Source: an uncultured Acidobacteriaceae bacterium (GTDB taxonomy: Bacteria; Acidobacteriota; Terriglobia; Terriglobales; Acidobacteriaceae). Taken from it: DNA of 64,000 bases. The stretch is taken from positions 5,914 through 69,913 of the forward strand of contig CAVZCY010000003.1 of NCBI GenBank assembly GCA_963773915.1, written 5' to 3'. This document shows, piece by piece, positions 40,615-53,262 of the stretch (positions within the stretch are counted from its first letter, which is position 1; every line of letters begins with the position of its first letter). The position numbers and the translations under genes were made by a program. The notes under the pieces were generated by a model. It saw only the letters and a list, made by a program, of their open reading frames with translations, made no database searches and had not been told where the DNA came from.

Positions 40615-42777
40615 GTGAAATTGCGAATCGCTAGTTTTGGTGCAGCGTCGTTCTTGCTTGGCCTTGGGGTTGCCACGGCAGCACAAGAGCCGGCGCCAAA
40701 TGTTCCGGATCATTTGATGGTCACGGTCGATACTCAGCAAACTGCCGATCCAGTTTCGAAGTACGTATTCGGCAGCTTTATCGAGCCCATAGGGAACCTT
40801 GTCTATCGAAGCATGTGGGCGGAAATGCTCGATGATCGCAAGTTTTATTTCCCGATTGTCTCCAAGGATCCTGACACCGGACAGCGTCCGCAGGGCAACC
40901 CGATGCGCATGCAGTCTCGTAAATGGCGTCCCGTGGGTCCAGACGAAGTGGTCGTCATGGACAAAGAACGACCGTTCGTGGGCGATCAGAGTCCGCGCGT
41001 TGAGCTCGATCCTTCGACCCCACATGGGATTCGGCAGTCGGGACTGGCTGTGGTGAGCGGAAAGAAGTACGTGGGCCGGATTTACCTCCGCGCGACACCG
41101 GGCGCAAAAATAAAGATCTCTTTGATCTGGGGCCAGGGCGAGGGCGACCGCGAGACGATTGCGATTGACGCACTCACGAGTGAGTACAAAAAATTCCCGC
41201 TGAGCTTCACAGCAAAGGCCGATTCGGCAGACGCCGCTTTGGAGATTACTGGAACAGGAACCGGAGATTTTCATATTGGGACGGTTTCGCTGATGCCTGC
41301 GGATAACGTTCAGGGTTTTCGGCCGGACACGATCGCACTGCTGCGCCAGTTGCACTCAGGCATGTGGCGTCTGCCCGGCGGAAACTTCCTCTCCGATTGG
41401 GATTGGCACGAAGCCATCGGGGACATCGACAAACGTCCGCCCATGTTTGACTATGCCTGGAATGCCATGCAGGTTAATGACATGGGCATGGACGAGTTTA
41501 TGACGTTTTGCAAGCTGATCGACGTCGATCCCTACGTGACCGTCAATGCAGGGCTCGGCGATGCGAATTCAGCCGAAGAAGAGGTCGAGTATCTGAACGG
41601 CGCGGCAAGCACGTACTGGGGTGCGATTCGCGCCAAGAATGGGCATCCCGAGCCCTACCATATCAAGTACTGGAATATCGGCAACGAGCCGTGGGGCACC
41701 TTCCAGATCGGATATACCGATCTTAAGTATTACGTCATCAAGAATAATGACTTCGCCAAAGCGATGCGAAAAGCGGACCCCACGATCACGCTGATAGGCT
41801 CCGCAAAGATGATGGAGCCGATGTGGCTGAAGGGAGAAGATCGCGCGAAATACGTCGACAATCTTGACCCGATGTTTGGTTCCGACTCTGACTGGACCGG
41901 CGGCCTGCTGGCAAAAAGCTGGGGAACCTTCGACGGCATCGCGCAGCACTGGTACGAAGGGGCCGGCCGGCACTACGACGTGAATAAAGCCAAGGCTCTG
42001 CCGCCCGATGCGCCAAATGATGGCGCAATAGTGACCTACAATCCAACAACGCTGGAATATGCGCGCTACGCCGGAGACGTGGTGCGCCGTCATGCTGAAG
42101 AGTGGGAAGGGTACCAGAAGCGATTTCCGCAGATGATCGACAAGAAGATCTTTCTCTCGATCGATGAATACGCCTATGGTGGTGGCGGTGGCGGAAGGGG
42201 TATGGGTCCGAATCTCAAGTCGGCGCTGGCATACGGAATGCTTTTGGATGAAATGCTGCGGCACACAGATTTCATAACCATGGGCGCGCATACCATGGGC
42301 ACGTCGTCGCTCGATATCAGCCCAACGGCCTCGACCATAAACGCAGTCGGGCTGGTTTATGAAATGTACGGTGAGCAATTTCCGGGGACAATACCCGTTG
42401 CCCTCTCAGGTAATTCTCCACAACCGCCAACGCAGAATCCGCCCTTCCTGGACGAGCCGAAGACCAGTTCCGGCAGCCCTACCTATCCGCTCGACATGAT
42501 TGCTTCGCTCACGCCGGATCACAAATATCTGAAACTGGCAGTGGTAAACGCAACAGAAACAGAGCAGAAGTTCGATCTGAGTGTAGCGGGAGTCAAGCTT
42601 CAGGGCCCATCAAAATTGTGGCAGCTGACGGGGAGCAGTTTGGATGCCGCAAATCATGTCGGACAGCCGTCGCAGGTGGAACTGAAAGAGATCCCCATCG
42701 GCAACGCTCCCGGAACAATTACAGTTGCGCCTATCAGCGTGAATATTTTCGAGTTCCCGGTGATGAGCGGGCAATGA
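40615..42777 (+). CDS. GH51 alpha-L-arabinofuranosidase-like, Sec-exported (start uncertain: 40579 or 40615)
   Basis: FGSFIEPIG, RLPGGNF, IGNEPWG (acid/base Glu), SIDEY (nucleophile Glu), beta-sandwich tail VAPISV. Confidence 0.88.
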   Translation: MKLRIASFGAASFLLGLGVATAAQEPAPNVPDHLMVTVDTQQTADPVSKYVFGSFIEPIGNLVYRSMWAEMLDDRKFYFPIVSKDPDTGQRPQGNPMRMQSRKWRPVGPDEVVVMDKERPFVGDQSPRVELDPSTPHGIRQSGLAVVSGKKYVGRIYLRATPGAKIKISLIWGQGEGDRETIAIDALTSEYKKFPLSFTAKADSADAALEITGTGTGDFHIGTVSLMPADNVQGFRPDTIALLRQLHSGMWRLPGGNFLSDWDWHEAIGDIDKRPPMFDYAWNAMQVNDMGMDEFMTFCKLIDVDPYVTVNAGLGDANSAEEEVEYLNGAASTYWGAIRAKNGHPEPYHIKYWNIGNEPWGTFQIGYTDLKYYVIKNNDFAKAMRKADPTITLIGSAKMMEPMWLKGEDRAKYVDNLDPMFGSDSDWTGGLLAKSWGTFDGIAQHWYEGAGRHYDVNKAKALPPDAPNDGAIVTYNPTTLEYARYAGDVVRRHAEEWEGYQKRFPQMIDKKIFLSIDEYAYGGGGGGRGMGPNLKSALAYGMLLDEMLRHTDFITMGAHTMGTSSLDISPTASTINAVGLVYEMYGEQFPGTIPVALSGNSPQPPTQNPPFLDEPKTSSGSPTYPLDMIASLTPDHKYLKLAVVNATETEQKFDLSVAGVKLQGPSKLWQLTGSSLDAANHVGQPSQVELKEIPIGNAPGTITVAPISVNIFEFPVMSGQ

Positions 42778-42866
42778 CAGCATCGCAAATGGGCAAGGAT
42801 TGATTCGCTAGCCGGGGAATTGAAGGGGCCCCGGCGGAAGAAAAGCGACGCCGAAAATCAGGGGAA

Positions 42867-43952
42867 ATGATGACGAAACGCAGGTTCTCTCGTGTGTTGA
42901 TTGCGTCGGTAGTGTTGATTGCCGGCAGTTCGATGCGCGGACAGGCGCAAGTACAAACGATAGTGCCGGATGTCGTTCCCGATGCGAGACCGGTGACTGT
43001 AGAACAAATCAAGATTCATGGCAAGTCGCTTGAGGGCAACCTGGAGGGCGACGACGTCGATCGCGATGTCTTCGTTTTCCTTCCGCCGAGCTACCAGAAA
43101 GACAAGCACCGCCGGTATCCGGTCGTCTATGCGTTGCATGGTTATTCCATTGGGGCCGAGCAGTGGTCGCACGAGATCCATGTGCCGCAGACGATCGAAG
43201 GAGCGTTTGCTCTGGGCGCGAAAGAGATGATTGTCGTGCTGCCCGATTCCAAAACAGTTCACAACGGGTCAATGTACTCGAGCTCCGTGACAACCGGCGA
43301 CTTCGAGCGCTTTATCGCTCACGATGTGGTCGAGTATATCGACGCGCACTACCGTACCATTCCGAATCGGATGAGTCGCGGCTTGGTGGGGCATTCCATG
43401 GGAGGGTATGGCGCCAGCCGCATTGGGATGAAGTATCCCGATATTTTTGGCAGTTTGTACATCATGAGTCCGTGCTGCCTGTCGGCGAGCGCAGTGCGCT
43501 CATCGAATCCTGACAACGACAAGCAGCTCGAGGCAGTAAAGTCACGGGAGGATTCGGCAAAGCTGCCATTCCTTCTGCGCGTACAGCTTGCCTCTGCCGC
43601 TGCTTGGTCGCCAGACCCGAAGAACCCTCCTCTCTATCTTGACCTTCCCACGAAAGACGGCGTCGTGCAGCAGGATGTGTTGGCAAAATGGGCAGCCAAT
43701 GCGCCTTTAGCTTTTGTGGATCAGTACATCGGGAATCTGCGGCAGTACAAGGCAATTTCGATGGATGTGGGCGATCAGGATGGCCTGAGAGTCGATGCCG
43801 CCAAGCTTCACGACGTATTTGATAAGTACGGAATCGCGAATGGTTTCGAGATCTACCACGGCACCCACACCAGCGCGGTGGCCGACCGATTTCAAAATCA
43901 TGTGATGCCGTTCTTCAGCCGGAATCTTTGTTTCCAATCAACCTGTCAATAA
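42867..43952 (+). CDS. Exported esterase (CE1/Fes-like alpha/beta hydrolase)
   Basis: VFLPPSY, YPVVYALHG, GHSMGG, C-terminal GTH. Confidence 0.85.
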   Translation: MMTKRRFSRVLIASVVLIAGSSMRGQAQVQTIVPDVVPDARPVTVEQIKIHGKSLEGNLEGDDVDRDVFVFLPPSYQKDKHRRYPVVYALHGYSIGAEQWSHEIHVPQTIEGAFALGAKEMIVVLPDSKTVHNGSMYSSSVTTGDFERFIAHDVVEYIDAHYRTIPNRMSRGLVGHSMGGYGASRIGMKYPDIFGSLYIMSPCCLSASAVRSSNPDNDKQLEAVKSREDSAKLPFLLRVQLASAAAWSPDPKNPPLYLDLPTKDGVVQQDVLAKWAANAPLAFVDQYIGNLRQYKAISMDVGDQDGLRVDAAKLHDVFDKYGIANGFEIYHGTHTSAVADRFQNHVMPFFSRNLCFQSTCQ

Positions 43953-45293
<1,341 letters not shown>

Positions 45294-45366
45294 AGTTGCT
45301 CGAGCTTACCCTGAATGGTCCTCAATTGCCGATGAAATAAAGAATGACGACCCGAGGAGAGAGTCG

Positions 45367-47511
45367 ATGCCAATGAATCGACGCGAGTTTATCGCGGCAT
45401 CTGTGGCCGGAGCCGCGGTGCTGCACGGGGAAATGAACGCGTTTGCCGCTCCTGCGGGAACCATACAGGTGACGGTCGATGCGACCAGGAGCGGCGCGCA
45501 AATCAATCCCATGATTTTTGGCGGCTACATGGAGCCGGCGACAACGCAGGTGTGGGCGGAAGTCTTGACCGACCGAAAATTTGCCAACGCGATTACCAGC
45601 GCGCCGACGCCGCTGCCGGCCAATCCTTTTTTCCGGCGCTTCTTTGGCGAGCCCTTCAAGCCGGTCGGGCCAGAGGGGACTGTCGAAATGGATCATTCGC
45701 GGCCCTTCGTCGGGGAACACAGCCCGCGCGTGAAGCTTGATCCCTCCGAGCCGCGAGGCATTCGACAATCCAAATTGCGCATAGGTGGCAAGCCTTACGA
45801 GGGGCGCGTGATCCTGGCCGGCGATCCGGGCACGAACATTACAGTTCGCTTGGCCTGGGGGCCCGGCGCCGCCGATTCGGAAACAGTCAAGATCCCTTCG
45901 TTATCTGGCGAGTACCAGAAATTTCCGCTCAAGTTTACGCCGGCTGCTGACACCGAGGAAGCAAGCCTGGAAATACTGGGTACCGGGACAGGCGTATTTC
46001 ATGTGGGCGCAGTGTCCCTGATGCCCGCTGACAATGTGCAGGGGTTTCACGCTGGGATGATTCGGTTCATGAAAGAAGAAGGCTTCAAGATGTTCAAGTG
46101 GCCGGGCGGCAACTTTGTTTCTGCGTACGACTATCGCGATGGCCTTGGCGATCGCGACAAGCGCCCGCCGCGCCTGCAACCGATGTGGTCCGACAGGGTG
46201 GAGTCGAACGACGTCGGTCTTCATGAATTCATCGGTCTGTGCCGGCTGGTCGGAGCTGAGCCCGACCTGGCAATCGATAGTGGGTTCGGCTCGGCTCGCG
46301 AGGCGGCTGAGCAGGTTGAATACTGCAACGGTTCCGTCGAAACCCGCATGGGCAAAATGCGTGCCGAGAACGGCAGCCCCGAACCATTCAATGTTCGTTG
46401 CTGGACCATCGGCAACGAGATGTATGGTCCCTGGCAGTACGGCCACATGTCGCTCGACCAATATTGGGTAAAGCACAACTACATCGTCGAAGCGATGAAG
46501 GCAGTTGACCCGGACATCAAGGTCACCGCCTCCGGAGCGAGCATATGCGAAAAGTCAGTGGGTGGCGCTGAAAAGAAAGGGAACTTTTTCCCAAGCATAT
46601 GGGAGCCCGCCATCACCGAAAAGCTGCCTTACGAGTTCGGCTCAATCTACGACTGGGATGGATGGCTTCTTCAAAAATGCGCCGGCAATATCGACTACCT
46701 TTCCGAGCACACATACGCTTATCCCGACCTGGCCTTCGACGAAGATAAACAACTCTATGTGGATCGCGAGGACCCGCTGCAGTTTAGCGCTCGCAGGCTT
46801 GCGAATCGTATCGGCGGCGCCTTCGATTGTTGGAACAATTACATCGAAAAGATGCCATCGTTGAAGGAGAGCAACATCAAATTCATCTTCGACGAATGGG
46901 GCAACCGCGCTCGATCGGCAAGCAGCCAGAACCATCCGTTGCCAGGAATGCTTAACGCCCTTTCCTATGCGCTTTGCCTCCACGAAATGTTCAGGCACTC
47001 CGATCAGATCGCGGCCAGTTGCGCCACCGGAGGTCTGCGGTTCCTTACCGATATCACAGGAGACGCCGTCGGGTTTCCCGCTGAAGGAGTCGTCATGAAA
47101 CTGATGCAGACGCTCTTTCTGAATGCGTTCCCGATTTTGGTCGACGGAGATTCGCCCCAGCAACAAGTCCCCGGCACCAATTTTGTTGACAAAGGGCCCA
47201 CGCCCACTGGAAGCCCGACTTATCCTCTTGATGTTCTCGCCGCGTTCTCGGGCGATCGTAAGCAATTTCTTTTATCCATTGTGAACCCGACGGAAAACGC
47301 GAACAGCTTTATTCCACGGCTTGGCGGTGTCAAGCTTCGCGAACGGGGCAAGCTATACCAGATCGCGCCTCCCAGCGTGAATTCCGCTAATGAAGCAGGT
47401 AGAGAGCCGGTGGTCAAAGTCGTTGAGACCGAGCAGCCTGCATTTCCGCAGACCGTAGAGGTCCCGCCCGTCAGCGTGAGCCTCTACCAATTTGAAGTGG
47501 AGATGGGTTAA
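45367..47511 (+). CDS. Second GH51 alpha-L-arabinofuranosidase-like, Tat-exported
   Basis: NRREF signal, FGGYMEP, KWPGGNF, IGNEMYG, IFDEWG, VPPVSV. Confidence 0.88.
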   Translation: MPMNRREFIAASVAGAAVLHGEMNAFAAPAGTIQVTVDATRSGAQINPMIFGGYMEPATTQVWAEVLTDRKFANAITSAPTPLPANPFFRRFFGEPFKPVGPEGTVEMDHSRPFVGEHSPRVKLDPSEPRGIRQSKLRIGGKPYEGRVILAGDPGTNITVRLAWGPGAADSETVKIPSLSGEYQKFPLKFTPAADTEEASLEILGTGTGVFHVGAVSLMPADNVQGFHAGMIRFMKEEGFKMFKWPGGNFVSAYDYRDGLGDRDKRPPRLQPMWSDRVESNDVGLHEFIGLCRLVGAEPDLAIDSGFGSAREAAEQVEYCNGSVETRMGKMRAENGSPEPFNVRCWTIGNEMYGPWQYGHMSLDQYWVKHNYIVEAMKAVDPDIKVTASGASICEKSVGGAEKKGNFFPSIWEPAITEKLPYEFGSIYDWDGWLLQKCAGNIDYLSEHTYAYPDLAFDEDKQLYVDREDPLQFSARRLANRIGGAFDCWNNYIEKMPSLKESNIKFIFDEWGNRARSASSQNHPLPGMLNALSYALCLHEMFRHSDQIAASCATGGLRFLTDITGDAVGFPAEGVVMKLMQTLFLNAFPILVDGDSPQQQVPGTNFVDKGPTPTGSPTYPLDVLAAFSGDRKQFLLSIVNPTENANSFIPRLGGVKLRERGKLYQIAPPSVNSANEAGREPVVKVVETEQPAFPQTVEVPPVSVSLYQFEVEMG

Positions 47512-47607
47512 ACGGGTTGACAGAATAAACGCAAACCAAAACAGGACCTGGTACATGTCTGTCAATCGACTCGAATTTCTCGCGGCATCTAAGCCACTAA
47601 TTTCAAT

Positions 47608-47823
47608 AGGTTTCCACAAATGATTTAATCTGCTTTGGGAGCAGAGGGTCGGGGGTTCGAATCCCTCCGCCCCGACCATTGTTTTTCAATACTCTGCAAG
47701 TGTTCAGCCAGATCATAAAGTAGGGCATCCGTTATTGCAGCAGATGCTCCACCGCAGAAAGGCGCGTCTTTATTGGGTTTTCATTGCTCGGTGGATGCAA
47801 TTACCGTTGCAAAATCGTCTACA
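47608..47823. other. att junction J2: perfect 51-nt tRNA-Pro 3' core (47628-47678) plus right arm
   Basis: Right-arm motif gttgcaaaatcgtctaca at 47806-47823, 128 bp from the core as in J1. Only atttcaataggtttcca survives on the left. Confidence 0.85.
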
Positions 47824-48218
47824 GGCGGAGTCTAGCGATGCTGTGAATTCAGCCATACGCAATTCATACAAAGACCTCGACCGACTGCCTATGTTTCCAT
47901 CATCATGTTCTGAGAGCGAAAGCACTGCACGAGGAATTGCGGAGTCGGACCGGCACCAGATCAAAATCAGGAAACACTGCGGCGTTTATGGGGACCAATC
48001 CTAGATGCCAGACCAAAAACTGGCATAAGCTTGGTCCATCCCCGTTTCTTCAAAGTCGGCCGTGTCGACCGGTTCGGCCACGTCATGCAATGGCGACTCT
48101 CGCGACCAAGCAACCGATTTACGCGATTCTACCGTCAAAGAGATTGAATGCTCCCTAACTGGACAGCGCGGTCAAAGGTTGCGTCTGTCGAATATGTTAG
48201 ACTTCGATCGGTGTCTCT

Positions 48219-48620
48219 GTGAAAGCACAACACTGGACTGCAACTCGGTCATTCAATCTCCTGGGAATCCTCGCATCCCTCCTGTTGGCTTTCTGTGTGT
48301 TCGCATGGGGTCTGCAATATAAGCTTTCCCTTTACGATCCACCTCAGGCAGCTTCTCATAAGATTCCGCAGGCCAAGCTCCTCTCCAGAAATGAGCGGGC
48401 CGGAGTCGCGGAAAGCCCGGTGATAGTCAGAACGAAAACCTCCACCACCGTTAGCTACACCGTTCCGACTGCTGCTGTCTTCTTCCTTCTGTCGCTGACC
48501 CTGAACATATTAAGTCTGCAAACGTCGCGACAAAGAAATCAGCGCACGAGTAGTGTCTGGCGTCTTCAAAGCGGCTTATTCAAGGTCTTCTTCGTTCGTC
48601 CCCCGCCCATTCTCGTCTAG
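48219..48620 (+). CDS. Small two-TM protein ending in FFVRPPP-ILV, leader of the RND operon
   Basis: GTG start, TM1 LLGILASLLLAFCVFAWGLQYKLSLY, TM2 AAVFFLLSLTLNIL, RPPP codons at 48597-48608. Confidence 0.65.
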   Translation: MKAQHWTATRSFNLLGILASLLLAFCVFAWGLQYKLSLYDPPQAASHKIPQAKLLSRNERAGVAESPVIVRTKTSTTVSYTVPTAAVFFLLSLTLNILSLQTSRQRNQRTSSVWRLQSGLFKVFFVRPPPILV

Positions 48621-48762
48621 TTCTTCCTCTCCACATAAGATTTGACGCATCTCACTCTGGCTAATTGGCCGAGTGTCCCGCGTCGTTTTCTCCACTGACA
48701 ACGTGCCAGGCCATTCCGGCCACGGCAGTCGCAGAACTTTATTTACGAGGTGCAATCGAGAT

Positions 48763-50035
48763 ATGCGAAGGCAGACCTCCTTGATTCTCGCCCTTGGATT
48801 GGCGTTTCCGGTGGCGACCACTTTAGTTGCCTGTCACACGGCAGATAACAAAGCCGCAACTGTTCCATCCGCAAAAGTTGCCGCAGCGCAGCGGGGCGAC
48901 ATTTCTCATGTGCTCACGCTGGCCGGTCAGTTCCAGCCGTACCAAGTAGTCGATGTGCACCCAAAGGTTAGCGGCTATATGTCGCGCATCAATGTGGATA
49001 TTGGCGACGTGGTTCATCAGGGCCAGACGCTGGCGGTGCTTGAAGTGCCGGAGTTGAAAGCGGAGTTGCAGCAAACAGTATTTCAACTTCAGCAAAGCAA
49101 AGAACAGATCACGCAAGCGCAGCACGAGATCAATCGCGCCGAGGCGGAGCACGCGGCCCTGCACGCTGCGTCAGATCGGTTGAAGCAGGCGGCCGAGGGC
49201 CGGCCGGGGTTGATTGCGCAACAGGAACTGGACGACGCGCAGGCCAAGGACTTGTCGTCGGAGGCGCAGGTAGATGCGGCCAAATCGGCGATGGCGGCGG
49301 CGCAGGAACATGCAAACGCAGCGCAGTCAGACAATCAGCGCATCCAGGCGCTGGAAAACTACACCAACGTCACGGCGCCTCTGGATGGAGTCGTGATCTG
49401 GCGCTATGCAGATACCGGCGCTCTGATTCAGGGCGGCACCAACTCCAACGACCAGACGCTTCCCATCGTCCGCATATCGCAGAGTAATCTGCTCCGGCTG
49501 CGCATTCCGGTGCCTGAGGACGATGTGAAGTACGTTCATGCCGGCGACCAATTGCAGGTGCGCGTCGATGCGATTGGCCGATCCTTCACGGGAAAGATCG
49601 TGCGCTTTACGCGCGACGTGAACTTCGAAACCCGCACCATGGAGACCGAAGTCGACGTGGAGAACAAAGATCTGTCCATTGCGCCGGGAATGTACGCCAA
49701 CACGCTATCTGCAACTGGGGCATGTGACCGGAGTCGTGACGATTCCCGTTGAGGCGCTGGTGCTAAATGGACAACAGGAAACGGTCTATGTGCTCGACGA
49801 CAACAATCGTATTCATATTCGCAACGTCACCGTGGGCCTGCAGGGATCGAAGCTGGCCGAGATCACCAGCGGGCTCAACCCTGGCGACCGAGTGGTGATC
49901 GGTGGCCAGGATAAGTATCAGGAAAACGAAGAGGTCAACGCGCTGCTGACCCCCGAGCCCGCATCGGAGACCGCGCAGCAGACGGGCGGCATGATCGACA
50001 TGAAGGCCGAAACGAGCGATGGAGGCGCGCACTAA
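48763..50035 (+). CDS. RND efflux membrane fusion protein (frameshift ~49707)
   Basis: Lipoprotein-like signal LVAC, VHPKVSGY, VTAPLDGV, LRLRIPVPE, TRTMETE, PGMY, IPVEAL. Confidence 0.9.
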
Positions 50036-53000
50036 TGCCGAAGTTTGCTCTCAGATTTCCCTACTTCATCATCATGCTGTGCCTGCTGGTTTCGCTTGTC
50101 GGTGCAGTCAACATCGCTCAGATGCCGGTGGACCTGTTTCCCAAAATCGATATGCCGGTCGTGGTGGTGGCGACGTTCTACAACGGGATGCCCCCGCAGC
50201 AGATTGAAGCCGACATAACAAATACATTCGAACGATTCTTCACTCTGGGCGCCAACATCGATCACAGCGAGTCACGCTCGCTGACCGGCGTGAGCCTGAT
50301 CAAAATCTATTTCAAGCCGGGCACCGATCCGAATGCGGCGCTGAGCAACATCGCCAATCTGGCCATGGCCGATCTGCGCCGATTGCCGCCGGGAACGCTG
50401 CCGCCGGTGGTGCTGGGCATGGACGCATCAACGCAGCCAGTATGCCTGGTCACGCTGAAGGGGCAGGGACTGAACGAGACCAGCCTGAAGGATCTGGCGC
50501 AGTTCCAGGTGCGCAACCAGATTTCGAACGTGCAGGGCGCTTCTGTGCCGCAGCCCTATGGAGGAACCTACCGACAGATTCAGATTTACGTGGATCCGCT
50601 GAAGATGGAGGCGCGCAACCTGAGCCTGAACGATGTGGTGACATCGGTGAACAGTTCGAACCTGATTTTGCCGGCAGGCGATGTGCGCATCGGTTCAAAG
50701 GACTACAACATCTACGCCAACAGCCAGTTTCCCGATGCGAATTCAATGAACCAGATGCCGCTGAAGTCGGTCGGCAACTCATCGGTGCTGGTGGGTGACA
50801 TTGGCAAAGCGATCGACTCGGGCGCACTGCAATACAACATCGTGCGCATCGACGGACAGCGATCCGTTTACGTGCCGGTCTTCAAGCAGGGCGGCGACAG
50901 CAACACCATCACCATCGTCAACGGAATGAAAGCTGCGATCAAGCATCTGGTCGACATTCCGGAATCGCTGAAAACAGCAGTCGTATTCGACCAGTCGGTG
51001 TTCGTCAAAATGGCGATCGAGAATGTTTCGAAGGAAGCGCTCATCGGACTGGTGCTGACCGGAGTGATGATTCTGGTCTTCCTGGGCAGCCCGCGCGCCA
51101 TGATCGCCGTGGTTCTCTCCGTTCCGCTCTCAATGGTGGTCTGCCTGCTGATCACCGATTACACGGGCGGCTCCATCAACACCATGATTCTGGGCGGACT
51201 GGCGCTGGTCTTCTCCCGACTGATCGATAACGGCGTCATCGTGCTTGAAAACATCTTCCGGCACATGGAGATGGGTAAATCGCCTGAGGTTGCGGCGGAG
51301 GTGGGCGGAACAGAAGTCTCGATGGCGGTGCTGGCGGCCACATTCACTACGTCCATCGTGTTTTTCCCAGTGACGTTTTTCACCGGCGTCAGCAAGTACA
51401 TCTTCACGCCGATGGCGCTGGGCGTTGTGCTTTCGATCTTCGCATCGTACTTCTTCGCCATGACAGTGGTGCCGCTCTTCTGCGCCAAATTCATCCGCCT
51501 GCACGGCGACGTTGAAGGCGACCGAATCCAGGCATAACTTCTTCACGCGCTTCGAGACCAAGTTCAACGAAAAGTTCCAGGCCATGCTGAACTGGTACGA
51601 AGGCCTTGCCATGCGGGCGATGGAGCGGCCTGGCTTTACCGCCGCGGCGATCTTTGGCGGCGTGGTGCTGCTGCTGTTGGTGACGGTTCCCTTCATCGGC
51701 CGCGCATATTTCCCCGCACTGATCCAGGCCAGTTCATCATCGACGTGCGCATGCCAAGCGGCACGCGCCTTGAAGTGAGCAACGACTACATCGCAAAAGT
51801 TGAAGACATCATCCGCAGCGTGGTTCCTCCCAAAGATCTGGGGATGATCGTTTCCAACATCGGCGTCTATCCCGATCTTTCGGCGATCTACACCACCAAC
51901 GCCTCGATGGACACGGCATTTGTGCAGACCAGTCTCAAGGAGGGCCATAGCGTCGGCAGCTATGAGTACATTCGCCGCGTGCAGGAGAAGCTGTCGCGCG
52001 AGATGCCCGAGCTCTCCGCCTATTACCAGGCAGGCGGATTGGTGGATTCGGTCATCAATCAAGGACTGCCGGCTCCCATCGACATTCAAATCAAATCGCA
52101 AAATATGGATAGCTCATTTGCATTGGCCACGCAACTGGCGGCGAAGATCAAGGCGATGCCCAACGTGAGCAATGTGTATATCCCGCAAAGCATCGACTAT
52201 CCCGGTCTCGCGCTGAACATCGACCGCGAGCGAGCCAGCCTGATCGGGCTTTCTGCTAAAGACGTGGTGGACGACGTGATTACTGCGCTCACCTCAGACG
52301 GCATGGTGGCCCCCAGTTATTGGATCGATCCGAAGAGCGGCAACAACTACATGGTCACGGTGCAATACGCGAACAGCTGGATTGACAACATGTCGATGGA
52401 GGATGTGAAGAACATTCCGTTGCGCGGCGTTCGCCCTGCCGGCTACAGCCCAATGCAAACGGGCGGCCAGGCGGATCCATCTGCAACGCAGATGCCCGGC
52501 AGCGACAACTCGGCCGGCTACGTGCCGCTCGGGGCGGTTGCCGATATCCAGCAGATCAACACGCCCACCGAAGTCGACCACAACCAGATTCGCCGCGTGA
52601 TCGATATTTATGTGGCCACCAAGGGCGAGGCACTGCAAGGTGTGGGATCGCAAATCGATCGTCTACTGGCTGATACAAAGCACGACAAAAACACGGTGAT
52701 CGATGTCAGGGGTGCTGTGGTGAGCATGAACCAGGCATTCCACGACTTCGGCATCGGCCTCATCATTGCCATCCTGCTCGTCTACCTGATTTTGATGGCT
52801 CAATTCGCTTCGTTCATCGATCCTTTCATCATCCTGATGGCCATTCCGCCGGGGCTTGCCGGCGTCGCGCTCATCCTCCTCGTCACCGGCAGTTCGCTGA
52901 ACATCATGTCGCTGATGGGAGTGATCATGATGGCCGGCATCGTGGTGTCGAACAGCATCCTCATCGTCGAGTTCGCTGGGATTCTTCACAAGCAGGGCAT

Positions 53001-53262
53001 GGGGTTGAAGGCCGCGGTAGTGGAGTCGTGCAAGGTTCGTCTGCGCCCCATTTTGATGACCTCGCTGGCCACGCTGCTTGGCATGATTCCGATGGCGTTG
53101 GGACTGGAGGCCGGCAGCGAACAGTATGCGCCATTGGCGCGCGCCATCATCGGCGGATTGGCGCTTTCCGTTGTCGTCACCATGTTCCTCGTTCCAGCGG
53201 TGTACCTGGTGATCCATGGGCGCGACGAAGCAAAGGCCGCAGTCGCGGAGGAACAGGCATGA
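50035..53262 (+). CDS. RND efflux permease (two frameshifts, ~51525 and ~51715)
   Basis: MPVDLFPKID, IDNGVIVLENI, FFPVTF, VPLFC, NSILIVEF, RLRPILMTSLAT, PLARAIIGGL. A C-run deletion at ttccccgcact explains the second break. Confidence 0.9.

Noticed and set aside
50035-53262. Split RND permease as a programmed frameshift or genuine three-gene system
   Set aside because: Breaks fall mid-domain, one in a C homopolymer, with no slippery heptamer or internal RBS. Consistent with sequencing indels.
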